Assembly: GCA_033763455.1 (NCBI GenBank)
Contig: JANRKO010000006.1
Coordinates: 544,001-608,000 of the forward strand
DNA length: 64,000 nt
Origin: Polyangiaceae bacterium
Lineage (GTDB): Bacteria > Myxococcota_A > Polyangia > Polyangiales > Polyangiaceae
Reading direction: 5' to 3'
Notes under the pieces: generated by a model
What the model was told of the DNA's origin: nothing
The model's input: the letters and a program-made list of their open reading frames with translations, nothing else
Databases searched by the model: none
Position numbers and translations under genes: made by a program
In this document: positions 1-9,034 of the stretch, in pieces
Layout of the letters: each line of letters begins with the position of its first letter
Position numbering within the stretch: position 1 is the first letter of the stretch

Positions 1-136
1 GCTGTGCGCCTGGCACCATGTGTGTGATTGGTAATCGTCCGGGTAAGCGCTGCGTCCCGATGTGTTCCTTGCAGGGCCAGAATACCTGCAAAAACGGCTT
101 GGTATGCGTCGAGACGGACGTGGAGGGCGTCGGGGT

Positions 137-1705
137 ATGCGGTTAGCCGCGAGTTTTACGGCGCTGGCCGGAGTTGCATGTTTGGTCGCCAGTTGTGGGG
201 GGCGCTCTGGCCTATCTGAGAGCGCGCCGGGTGCTAAGCTCCCGGTTTCATGCGTAATCGACGCGGACTGTAAGGCTGCCGACTTATGCAAGCCACAGCA
301 GTGTTCCGAAAACGGACTCTGTGAGGCGGCCCCTCCGGTTGTGTGTGACGATGGCAATGTTTGCACCGAAGACAGCTGCAAGAAGGCCACGGGAGAGTGC
401 GTGTTCGAGAGCTTGGTGGAGGATAGCGATGGGGATGGGGTGGTGGGGGCTCGTTCAGGTGTATCGGCCAGCGTAGCCGAGATGTGCGGTCAAGATTGCG
501 ATGATACTTCTCGAACGGTGCACCCGGGCCAGCCCGAAGTGTGTGACGGGAAAGACAACGACTGCAACGGCGTGGTGGATGATGGCGCGGTATTTCTACC
601 GAGTGGCCAAGCACCACTTCTGGTTTCCGTCGGCTCCGAGCGCGCGCAAGCTTCGGGAATTGGGTTTGATGGTGATAATTTTGCGCTCAACTACGCAGGG
701 AAAGAGGATAGCTGGAAGATCTTCTTTCAGTCGATCTCCTTCAGCGGCCAGACGCAATCGCGAGTTCCCCTCACTAGTGTCAATGCGGACACCTTTGGCG
801 GCCCGCTCCTCTGGACGGGTACTGAATACGCTGTCGCCTGGGAGGATGCTCGGCTAGACGACAATTACGAGATCTATTTCAACCGGTTAGACCGCACCGG
901 TGCCAAGTTCGCCGCTGATCTGCGCATCACCCGCGCTGATGATTTCTCCTTGCACCCTTCGATCGTTTACGGGGAGGGGGAGTACCTGATCGCGTGGGAT
1001 GATCGCCGTCCCGAGGTCGGTGCGGGACCTCGAGCGGTAGCCATCTACGGACAGCGCATAAGCAAAGGTGGTGAGCTCATCGGTGGCAACGTTCGACTCA
1101 CACCTGTGGATAGTGGCTCTGAAGGGCCGTCGCTCGCGAGCGGCAAAGCTTCTGTTGGGATGGTTTACAGCTCAATTGTGGGCGGCGCGCCGATCCTCAA
1201 TTTTCGTTCGCTATCCCGGGACTTAACGCAGCTTGGGACGATTGTGGATTTGGGTTTTTCAAATGTTCGAAGCACGTCCATTGTTTGGGTCGAGGATCGT
1301 TTCCTGGTGTTTTGGGACGCCTTCACCGATGCTCCTGGCCCCAATATTTGGGGTGCGGCTCTTGCCGAGGATGGTCGGGTGCTGGTGGCTCCGCGTCAGG
1401 TTACCGATTACGGGCAGTTTGCTCGCGGTCATTCCGCGGTGTCGCTCGGAGATCGAGCACTCTTGGTATGGTCAGACTTTCGCCACGGCAACTACGAGCT
1501 TTCCACGAAGCAACTATCGACCGCCCTTGGAGCTTTAACCCCAGAATCCCGCATTACGACTACATCATCGGAGACGCTCAACCCCTACGCGGCCGTCGGT
1601 ACGGGTGGAGCCGTTGGCATTCTGTTTGAGGATTGGCAGAGTGGGAGCCGGCAAGCTTACTTCACCGCGCTTTCTTGCCAGGGCGCCCGCACCGCCTTGC
1701 CCTAG
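137..1705 (+). CDS. Cys-rich lipoprotein with putative metal-binding (MopE-like) motif and C-terminal beta-propeller-like repeats
   Basis: Lipobox-like LVASC; DCDD..VHPGQPEVCDGKDNDCNGVVDDG motif; repeated AWED/AWDD/VWSD strands; GGAGG at 122-126 favours ATG 137 (ORF open from 62). Confidence 0.7.
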   Translation: MRLAASFTALAGVACLVASCGGRSGLSESAPGAKLPVSCVIDADCKAADLCKPQQCSENGLCEAAPPVVCDDGNVCTEDSCKKATGECVFESLVEDSDGDGVVGARSGVSASVAEMCGQDCDDTSRTVHPGQPEVCDGKDNDCNGVVDDGAVFLPSGQAPLLVSVGSERAQASGIGFDGDNFALNYAGKEDSWKIFFQSISFSGQTQSRVPLTSVNADTFGGPLLWTGTEYAVAWEDARLDDNYEIYFNRLDRTGAKFAADLRITRADDFSLHPSIVYGEGEYLIAWDDRRPEVGAGPRAVAIYGQRISKGGELIGGNVRLTPVDSGSEGPSLASGKASVGMVYSSIVGGAPILNFRSLSRDLTQLGTIVDLGFSNVRSTSIVWVEDRFLVFWDAFTDAPGPNIWGAALAEDGRVLVAPRQVTDYGQFARGHSAVSLGDRALLVWSDFRHGNYELSTKQLSTALGALTPESRITTTSSETLNPYAAVGTGGAVGILFEDWQSGSRQAYFTALSCQGARTALP

Positions 1706-1736
1706 AGCACGGCAGTGTTCGGCCACCAGCGGCTCA

Positions 1737-2198
1737 CTAGGCTTGAGCTTTGGCCAAGGGAACGGTGATAACCGGAATGGGCGAAAGCCGAACGACCCCT
1801 TCTGCCGTACTACCATGCATGAGGTGTGAAAGCCCCGTGTGGCCGCGCGTACCCATCACAATCCAGCTGTATGCCCCGCTTTGGCTCAACGTGATGATCT
1901 CCTCGGTTGGGTTGCCCTCACGGAGCTCCGACTTCACTCGCACCTCAGCGGGGATCGACACTTGGCTGACAAAGCCAGAAAGTTCTGCCTTCGCCCCTGC
2001 AACTAAAAGGTCAGCGATGGGCGTGGGCGCGCCGGATTCGGGGTGAGCGGCCTTCGCGTGACGAGCAACCGGGGGGCACTGCCAGAAATGTAGAAGCGTA
2101 AGCCCAAGGCCAAGCTGAACCGCGAGGGCGGAGGCAAATTCCAGCGCTTTGCGCGACTCTTCGGTGTAATCCAGGGGAACCAAGATCTCGGTTGGCAT
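1737..2198 (-). CDS. Universal stress protein (UspA family)
   Basis: ILVPLD N-terminus, IVMGTRGHTG...GSTAEGVVR..PIPV. Confidence 0.9.
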   Translation of the reverse strand: MPTEILVPLDYTEESRKALEFASALAVQLGLGLTLLHFWQCPPVARHAKAAHPESGAPTPIADLLVAGAKAELSGFVSQVSIPAEVRVKSELREGNPTEEIITLSQSGAYSWIVMGTRGHTGLSHLMHGSTAEGVVRLSPIPVITVPLAKAQA

Positions 2199-2270
2199 GG
2201 TGCGGGTAGTCTAGCAGGCTGGTATCGCGTTGGAAGGTAGGAACCACCCCAGCAAATGCGCCCCGCTGCG

Positions 2271-2717
2271 CTACGGGGCCGCGCTCAGAAGCTGGTCGAA
2301 GCGCTGGGTAAAACCCAGAACCTTTTGGCGATCAGTGGAGACATCCTCACCGGCAACGAACTTGTAGTTCTCGATTTCCCCGGCCAATTCCGAAAACTCG
2401 TCGCTCGGCTGGCTCGCTCGCAAGATGGCGCCGGCCTGGGTGAGCGTTTTCTGGGCAGTTCCGAAGTTACGATCTTCGAGGGCCATGAGAGCTAAGTGCA
2501 GCTGGCGCCGAGCTTCCAGCTTCTGCGTTTGGGCCTGTGCATTTTCGGTGGCGTGCCACGCGCGAGCGGACTGGAACCTCCCGGCGCCGTAGGCAATTGC
2601 AAGAGCCCCGAGCAACAAACCAAGCTTTTTAAGGGTTTGCTTGAAACCGCTAGGGGGCTTGGCGGGCAGCGTAGGCTCGCTGACTTCTGGCTTCTGATTG
2701 ACGACATCGCTGGGCAT
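2271..2717 (-). CDS. Hypothetical membrane-anchored helical protein
   Basis: 148 aa ORF, one hydrophobic segment, co-oriented with neighbours. Confidence 0.6.
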   Translation of the reverse strand: MPSDVVNQKPEVSEPTLPAKPPSGFKQTLKKLGLLLGALAIAYGAGRFQSARAWHATENAQAQTQKLEARRQLHLALMALEDRNFGTAQKTLTQAGAILRASQPSDEFSELAGEIENYKFVAGEDVSTDRQKVLGFTQRFDQLLSAAP

Positions 2718-2763
2718 GGTTCACGAGCTCCGGGCACTTAGTCCGCAAGCTCTGTGGTTAACA

Positions 2764-3468
2764 CTAGAACGTTCCGCGCACCAGCACTCCTCTGCCCGAA
2801 CGGCCCACGGGGCCGGCATCCAGCTGTAGGTTGTGCGGAAGCCACTGCTGATCTTTGTCGGTGTAGCCGACCACAAATAAGGTAGCACCCACTACCTGAA
2901 CCAGCCCTGAGAAGGTGAGCACCGTAATTGTCTTCAATTCGCCGAGCGCTAAGCTGAGGCACCCATTGATCTCCTCCTGCGAAAGTTGTGAGGAGTTCTT
3001 GCAACCAAAGTGGCGAGCGTTGATGGCTGCCCATGGCCCCAGGACGGGCAAAAGTAGCCAACCGCTGCCCGGGCCAATATCGGAGGAAGCCGAGTACCCA
3101 AGCGCGCCTAGGTAACCGGTGCCAAAAGTAAGCCCGCCCGCAAGCATGAGCCCCGTGTTTCGGTGTGTTCGAAGCTCATAACCAAACGTGGCTGGTGAGG
3201 GGCTCCCGGTGGGTGCTAGCGTGGGTCTAGAAACCTGTGGCTGCGTAGCTGACGGATACGTGTAGCTAGGCGTTGGCCCAGGCGGATATTGGCTAGGTGG
3301 CGGTTGAGCCGGGTAGCGTTGCGGCGGAAAACCCTGAGGTGGCGATGGTGGTGGCGCAGGCGCTTGAGGTGAAGGTGGCGGAGGAAACGAGGCCGTTTGT
3401 GCTTGTACCGGCGGGGTGAACGTGAACAATGTTCCCAAACAGAACGTCAGAATGGCCGTGCGCCGCAT
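2764..3468 (-). CDS. Secreted Pro-rich hypothetical protein
   Basis: Signal peptide (VQA), Pro/Gln-rich linker, hydrophobic segments, terminal Phe (VRGTF). Confidence 0.65.
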   Translation of the reverse strand: MRRTAILTFCLGTLFTFTPPVQAQTASFPPPPSPQAPAPPPSPPQGFPPQRYPAQPPPSQYPPGPTPSYTYPSATQPQVSRPTLAPTGSPSPATFGYELRTHRNTGLMLAGGLTFGTGYLGALGYSASSDIGPGSGWLLLPVLGPWAAINARHFGCKNSSQLSQEEINGCLSLALGELKTITVLTFSGLVQVVGATLFVVGYTDKDQQWLPHNLQLDAGPVGRSGRGVLVRGTF

Positions 3469-3537
3469 GCGCCAAGAGTAGTCGCCAGAGATGCGAAGCG
3501 CTCGGTAAATTATGCCTAGGGTTACCCCTCAAGCCCC

Positions 3538-4170
3538 CTACGTGTCACGCTGCAACAACAGCAGTCGGTGTTGCACGGTTTCTCCGTAGGATTCGTACCC
3601 ATCCACGAGCCGCTCCGACCTTACGGCGAAGCCCGCTTGTTTACAGCAATGTCTGAACCACGGCGCTGGGTGCCGGTAGATGTGCACTTGCTCGTCCACC
3701 AGTTCGACCTCCGTATGGGGGCTTTGACAGAAGGAAAGGAGCCAGAATGCTGCGGGCCTCAGCGTATTTCGGATTGCGCTGAGGGTTCGAGTTGGGTCCG
3801 AGATGTGATCGAAAACGCCGATAGCCACGGCGCCGTCAAAGGCGTTTGCGTCAAAGCCAGCTTCTTCATCCGCGCTTCCTTCGCAGCACGCCACATAGTT
3901 GGGGGAGGAGATCTGCGAGAGCATGGCACGGCTAATGTCCAGGGCGACTAAGCTCAGAGGTAGACCAGCCCTTTTGAGCTCATGACCCACGAGGCCCGTT
4001 CCGGCGCCAATGTCCAGCCAGAGCCCGTGCGCGCCTGGTAGCTGCTCGGCTAGGAATTCCGCTGCTATCTTGGGCGTATTGTAAACGCACTCCACCAACA
4101 AATGGTGGTCGTAGCGGGCCGCCAAATCATCATACAGCTCCTTGATTGCTTGCAAGTCGTGGGCAGCCAT
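3538..4170 (-). CDS. Class I SAM-dependent methyltransferase
   Basis: WLDIGAGTG motif I, LDIS..ML, FDGAV. Confidence 0.85.
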   Translation of the reverse strand: MAAHDLQAIKELYDDLAARYDHHLLVECVYNTPKIAAEFLAEQLPGAHGLWLDIGAGTGLVGHELKRAGLPLSLVALDISRAMLSQISSPNYVACCEGSADEEAGFDANAFDGAVAIGVFDHISDPTRTLSAIRNTLRPAAFWLLSFCQSPHTEVELVDEQVHIYRHPAPWFRHCCKQAGFAVRSERLVDGYESYGETVQHRLLLLQRDT

Positions 4171-4226
4171 TCGGGGAGTTGGTACCTAGCACTTGCGGGG
4201 TTCGGCCGCGCCTGCAAACGTGGGGC

Positions 4227-4895
4227 ATGGTCCAAGCTCCTTCGTCGGATTTTCTCCGGGCGCACTCCAAGTTCCCTTTGGTACTCTTGGCGCTACTGGC
4301 GATCTTGTGTGCGGCAACGCTGTGGGCACCGCCCGCAGGCCGTGTGAGCTGGATGTTGGAGGTAACGCCAGGCCTTTTCGGTGTGTTAGCGCTGGGGCTC
4401 AGCTTTCGCCGGCTGCCGCTCACTCACCTGGCCTACTTGGGGGTGTTTTTCCACGTTCTTATCCTAATCTATGGCGGCTATTACACCTACGCGCTCACCC
4501 CGCTCGGCAATTGGGCGAAGCTTGCATTCGACTGGCAGCGCAACCACTACGATCGCGTAGGGCACCTGGCGCTTGGCTTTTTTCCGTATTTTGTGATCCG
4601 CGAAGTTCTGCTCGGAGTGACGCCGCTCAGGCGTGGCGGGTGGTTCACGTTTTTGATTTTTTCGGTTGTCCTGGCGATCGCCGCTTTTTGGGAAATCCTG
4701 GAGTGGTGGGTGACGGTGTTGGTAGCCTCGGATGTGGGCCAGGCCTTTTTAGGCAGTCAGGGAGACGTGTGGGACGCTCAATGGGACATGCTGCTGGCGG
4801 TTGTGGGGGCAGGCTTGGCCCAGGTGAGCCTCGGGCGGGTGCACGATCGTGCCCTGCTTTTCCTCCAGGAGGCACAGGCGTCCTTGCGTTCTTGA
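4227..4895 (+). CDS. DUF2238 (YjdF-like) inner membrane protein
   Basis: RNHYDRVGH, WEILEWW, FLGSQGDVWDAQWDM motifs; start uncertain (ORF open from 4146). Confidence 0.85.
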   Translation: MVQAPSSDFLRAHSKFPLVLLALLAILCAATLWAPPAGRVSWMLEVTPGLFGVLALGLSFRRLPLTHLAYLGVFFHVLILIYGGYYTYALTPLGNWAKLAFDWQRNHYDRVGHLALGFFPYFVIREVLLGVTPLRRGGWFTFLIFSVVLAIAAFWEILEWWVTVLVASDVGQAFLGSQGDVWDAQWDMLLAVVGAGLAQVSLGRVHDRALLFLQEAQASLRS

Positions 4896-4961
4896 CAAGT
4901 AGGACTAAAACGGTGCTAGTTCAGCGCGTCTCAGCGAATACGCCTATCCAGAGTCTTACCC

Positions 4962-5546
4962 ATGAGCCCCCAACTTGAGATCCACCTGACCGACGAAGCT
5001 CGGCGACAAATGGTCTTGGCGCTTCAAGCCGAAGACCTCACAGACTTCGCCATCCGCGTAGAAGCGCGGAAGCTTACGCCCATCAAGTACGAATACAGCC
5101 TCTTTATTGAAGGCCCCGAAGAACGGCGCGATAAGGATCTCGAGATCGACGCGACCGGCATCAAGATCTGGGTGGATCCGAATAGCGCCGAACTCCTCGG
5201 TGGGGCGACCATCGATTACCTCAAAGAAGGCAGCAAAGAGGGCTTCAAGTTCAACAATCCGAATGAGCCCGAAGGTTGGACCGATCCGGTATCGCAGAAG
5301 TTTCAGAAGTTGCTCGATGCCGAGATTAACCCTGGGCTAGCAGCTCACGGGGGCCGTGTAGATCTGCTGCACTTTAGCCAAGGTATTGCTCGTGTGCGCA
5401 TGAGCGGCGGTTGCCAGGGTTGCGGAATGGCGGCGCAAACGCTCCGCGACGGCGTGGAGCGTCGCATCAAAGAAGAGCTACCAGAGGTCGACCAAATCCT
5501 GGACGACACGGATCACTCAGCGGGCACCAACCCCTACTACACCTAG
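4962..5546 (+). CDS. nfuA: Fe-S cluster biogenesis protein NfuA
   Basis: Degenerate A-type carrier domain (GFKFNNPN) fused to NifU-C domain (INPGLAAHGG, MSGGCQGC). Confidence 0.9.
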   Translation: MSPQLEIHLTDEARRQMVLALQAEDLTDFAIRVEARKLTPIKYEYSLFIEGPEERRDKDLEIDATGIKIWVDPNSAELLGGATIDYLKEGSKEGFKFNNPNEPEGWTDPVSQKFQKLLDAEINPGLAAHGGRVDLLHFSQGIARVRMSGGCQGCGMAAQTLRDGVERRIKEELPEVDQILDDTDHSAGTNPYYT

Positions 5547-6415
5547 CCGTCGAGATCCCAAGCCACCGTTCCCGTCGTGTTTTCGGTGATGTAACGGCCC
5601 TTCGGATCTTGCCCCAACTGAGCCGCCGCGACTTGGTAATCGTGGGTGAAAAAAGCCCACGTTTTCTCCGCTAGCAATCGCGAAAATAGCGCCGCTTTCT
5701 CGTCCACCAGCGCTTCGGGGTACCGATCATAACCCATGGTGATGGGCAGGTGCACCCAGGGCACCCCGGGGACGAGATCAGCACAGAAAAATAGCCTGCG
5801 CGTCTGGCCAATGATTTCGGTATGGAGCATTCCAGGCGTGTGCCCGTGGGTGAGTGAGAATCTGAACGCGGGTCCGAGCAGGGCCGAGGCTTCTGCAACA
5901 TCCGAGACCAAACACAAGCGTTGCGATGCATTGAGCAGCTCCGGTAGCTCTGGGATGTAGGAAGCGCGGTCTCGAATGTGCGGCAAGCTCGCCCGTTCGA
6001 AGGCGATGCGGCTCGTGATGAAGCGCGCCTTTGGGAATAGAAGCGTGGGCGGCGCACCCGGTTCCCAGGGGGTAAGCAGGCCGCCGGCGTGATCAAAGTG
6101 CAGATGGCTCAAGACAACGTTGTCAATCTCGGTATGCTCAACGCCGAGCGCGGCGAGCGACGTGAGTAGCTGATGCTGACTTTCGGCGACGCCGTAGCGA
6201 TCACGTAACTTGGGGTCAAAAAATGCCCCAATCCCCGTCTCAAGGAGTGTTTTCTGTTTGCCGTCGTCCACCAAGAGGGCTCGGCAGGCGAATTGGATTC
6301 GATTGCGCGCGTCCGGCACGTGCCAGCGCTGCCAAAGCTCCTTAGGGGCGTTCCCGAACATGGCGCCTCCGTCTAGCCATTGGGAATTTCCGAGCACTGA
6401 ACGGGCTAAAAGCAT
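5543..6415 (-). CDS. MBL-fold metallo-hydrolase (YtnP-like)
   Basis: LDGGAMFG, SHLHFDHAGG, GHTPG, MGYD. Confidence 0.9.
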   Translation of the reverse strand: MLLARSVLGNSQWLDGGAMFGNAPKELWQRWHVPDARNRIQFACRALLVDDGKQKTLLETGIGAFFDPKLRDRYGVAESQHQLLTSLAALGVEHTEIDNVVLSHLHFDHAGGLLTPWEPGAPPTLLFPKARFITSRIAFERASLPHIRDRASYIPELPELLNASQRLCLVSDVAEASALLGPAFRFSLTHGHTPGMLHTEIIGQTRRLFFCADLVPGVPWVHLPITMGYDRYPEALVDEKAALFSRLLAEKTWAFFTHDYQVAAAQLGQDPKGRYITENTTGTVAWDLDG

Positions 6416-6638
6416 CGCAGAGTGCTAGCGCGTGTGCTCCAACGGGGCCAAGGCCAAAACGCCCCGAGCCACAAATTTCAGGTGTTAGTACGGAGGGTCG
6501 CTCTTTTTACTTGGCCGCTGCTAACCTCCGAGCGATGTCGCATCGAGGCAGATTTAGTTTCTCAGCTCCGTTATCTTCCAGCAGCGTGTTCGTCTTAGTC
6601 GGGGTGCCCAAGCGTTCGCTTACTTCAGCAGGTGGCCT

Positions 6639-7577
6639 GTGAAGGTTGTGTACACAGCGCGCTTGCCCCAAGGTGCCATCGGTCGCGTTCATGAGCGTTT
6701 CCCAGAAGTTGAGCTGGTCCCCGCTTCGCCGACAGATCCCGGGTTCGAACAGGCCCTCAAGGAGGCGGAAGTTGTGGCTGGCTGGGCCCCTGTCGAGGCA
6801 CTCCTGAAATGCCCCAACTTGCGGTGGTTACAGTTTGGGAGTGCTGGTGTGGAAAGCGTGGTTGGCCGCTTGCCTGAAACCGTGAAGCTGACGAATGCCA
6901 GTGGCGTTTTCGATCTTGTGATGGCAGAGCACGCGTTTGCTCTCATGTTGGCTTTGGTGCGTGGCGTCGATCAAATGGTGCGTGCGCAAGCCAATTGTCT
7001 CTGGGACCCAGGGGTGCGGCGCGGGGAGCTTTTCGGCAAGACGCTTACTATTGTCGGCTTGGGCAACGTGGGGCGCGCCGTGGCGGAAAGAGCCAAGTGT
7101 TTTGGGATGCGGGTGATGGGAGTGCGCCGGAGCACCACCGAGCCGGTTCCGGGAGTAGACGTGTTGCTGAGCATATCGGAGCTCGACCTTGCCCTGCCGA
7201 AGACGGATCACTTGTTGTTGGTGTTGCCTGGCGGTCCACACACGCGCCACGTTCTGGACGCACGTCGCTTGGCTTTACTGCCAAAAGGCGCGCTCGTTTA
7301 TAACATCGGCAGAGGCAACGCCATCGATGAGCTTGCGTTAGCTGGAGCAATCCGAAGCGAACATATTGCAGGTGCCGGGCTGGACGTCTTTGAGACAGAG
7401 CCGCTGCCCTCGACGAGCCCCCTCTGGGGTTTACCCAACGTAATTATTTCGCCGCATGTGGGTGGTAGAACTTCGCTCTATCCGGAGCGCTTTTTTGACG
7501 TATTTTTCGACAACTTGGTGCGCTTTCACGCGGGCGAGCCGCTTAAGAACGAAGTGGATCGGTATTGGGGCTACTAG
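6639..7577 (+). CDS. D-2-hydroxyacid dehydrogenase
   Basis: GLGNVG Rossmann motif, NIGRG, GAGLDVFETEPL, SPHVGG. Confidence 0.9.
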   Translation: MKVVYTARLPQGAIGRVHERFPEVELVPASPTDPGFEQALKEAEVVAGWAPVEALLKCPNLRWLQFGSAGVESVVGRLPETVKLTNASGVFDLVMAEHAFALMLALVRGVDQMVRAQANCLWDPGVRRGELFGKTLTIVGLGNVGRAVAERAKCFGMRVMGVRRSTTEPVPGVDVLLSISELDLALPKTDHLLLVLPGGPHTRHVLDARRLALLPKGALVYNIGRGNAIDELALAGAIRSEHIAGAGLDVFETEPLPSTSPLWGLPNVIISPHVGGRTSLYPERFFDVFFDNLVRFHAGEPLKNEVDRYWGY

Positions 7578-7687
7578 CGCGGGCAGAGGCCTGGGGCGAG
7601 ATGGCCCCGTGGCGGGCAGAGGTGGGAGTGAATAGGCCACGTGACTTACTCGTCCATCGCGGGTAGCTTAAGCGCGGAAGGCATCCC

Positions 7688-8539
7688 ATGAACTCACATC
7701 GTCATGTTTATCCTGCGAGCGTTTTTCTGATCACTCTAGTCGGCAATGTTGCGATCGCAGCAGCTCAAGATGCCGCTGCTCCGACGGCGGCGAGCACGGG
7801 TGCCGTTGCAACTTCGCCTTCACCGGTGGCTGAAGCACAACCCTCTGGTGCACAGCTGGCACCGGCTCCCACGGCACCCGCCCCATCTTCGGGTGCTCCG
7901 GTGCAAGCAGAGGCAAGCAGTCAACCAGCGGAGTCGCAAGCCCCGAAGATCAACGTGGCCGTACCAGCTCCGCAGCCCGAGGTGCCGCGCACGTATCAAA
8001 TGCACGATGGCTTTTACTTGCGGGGCAACCTGGGCATTGGGCAGCTTTCCACCACGTTTGATGATGGCAGCGCGAGCAGCCAAGATCTCGAGGGGGCGGG
8101 CTTTGCGTTCAGCTTTGATCTCCTGGCAGGAGGGTCTCCTTCTCCTGGCCTTTCCATCGGGGGAGCGCTCTTGAGTTCGGCGGCGTTTTCAGCTTCTTTT
8201 GAGCGCGCAGGGCTGAAGGCGGACCGCGACGCCAGCCTGGCCATGTTGGGAGTGTTCGTAGATGGTTATCCGAAGGCTAACGGCGGTTGGCACTTGGGAG
8301 GGGCAATGGGTCTCGCGCAAATGAAGGTCGAAAAGCGGGCCGGTGACTTGGGGAAGGATGCCATGGGAGGCTTGGGTGGAGCGGCGTGGGTTGGCTATGA
8401 TCAGTGGGTAGCTGATGAGTGGAGCATGGGCGGCCTCCTACGTTTCGCTGGCGCGCTCACCTCAGCCAAAGAGAACAGCGTGGAAACGAGTGCCTCAACC
8501 TTCTCAACAACACTCATGTTTACAACGCTCTACAACTAG
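7688..8539 (+). CDS. Putative outer-membrane beta-barrel protein with Ala/Pro-rich N-terminal linker
   Basis: Signal peptide, HDGFYLR start of barrel, alternating amphipathic strands. Confidence 0.6.
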   Translation: MNSHRHVYPASVFLITLVGNVAIAAAQDAAAPTAASTGAVATSPSPVAEAQPSGAQLAPAPTAPAPSSGAPVQAEASSQPAESQAPKINVAVPAPQPEVPRTYQMHDGFYLRGNLGIGQLSTTFDDGSASSQDLEGAGFAFSFDLLAGGSPSPGLSIGGALLSSAAFSASFERAGLKADRDASLAMLGVFVDGYPKANGGWHLGGAMGLAQMKVEKRAGDLGKDAMGGLGGAAWVGYDQWVADEWSMGGLLRFAGALTSAKENSVETSASTFSTTLMFTTLYN

Positions 8540-8634
8540 CAGCGAAACGGGCAGAGCGAGCACGGAGCTTGGGCCGCGCAGTGGGGTGGCCACCGGTGTG
8601 GCATACGGGGGCAGCGTGGGGGACGGAAGACGGG

Positions 8635-8924
8635 GGCCGCTGAAACGTGCTAGGCGCGCCGAGGCAAAGGGGATCCCGCGCGGCTACAGATACTTGCCAT
8701 ACGAGCCATACGAAGTATCCGCATTGACGCAGCGAAGGGCACCGGGCCCGGTTGCTGATATGCGGGGGCCGGGGAGGCAAGGGGGTAACACGCGGCTACA
8801 GATACTTGTCATGCGAAGTATTCGTGACGACGCCAGAAAGGGGACCAGGGGAGGCCGCTGAAATGCAGACGGCCGGAGGCAAAGGGGGTTTTGCGCCGCC
8901 ACAGATACTTGTCATGATTCGAAG
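8635..8924. repeat. Non-coding imperfect tandem repeat, about 2.7 copies, 103-bp period
   Basis: ACAGATACTTG at 8686, 8798, 8901 (spacing 112 = 103 + a 9-bp internal duplication, then 103); shared blocks GCTGAWA, GAGGCAARGGGG, CGAAG. Confidence 0.85.
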
Positions 8925-9034
8925 ACTGCCTTCGGTCCAGCGAGGCGCGAAGTGTCACGCGTTGCCGCACGCGTTGCCGCGTGGTATTCCAGGGCTGCGA
9001 TAACGCGTTGCTCGAATGCGATGTCGTTAGGTGA

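Noticed and set aside
8635..8924. CRISPR array, riboswitch or loxP site
   Set aside because: Repeats are degenerate and the intervening parts are also similar to each other; no cas genes; the region lies between convergent genes, so not a 5' UTR; the loxP likeness (ATACGAAGTAT) is partial, without 13-bp arms
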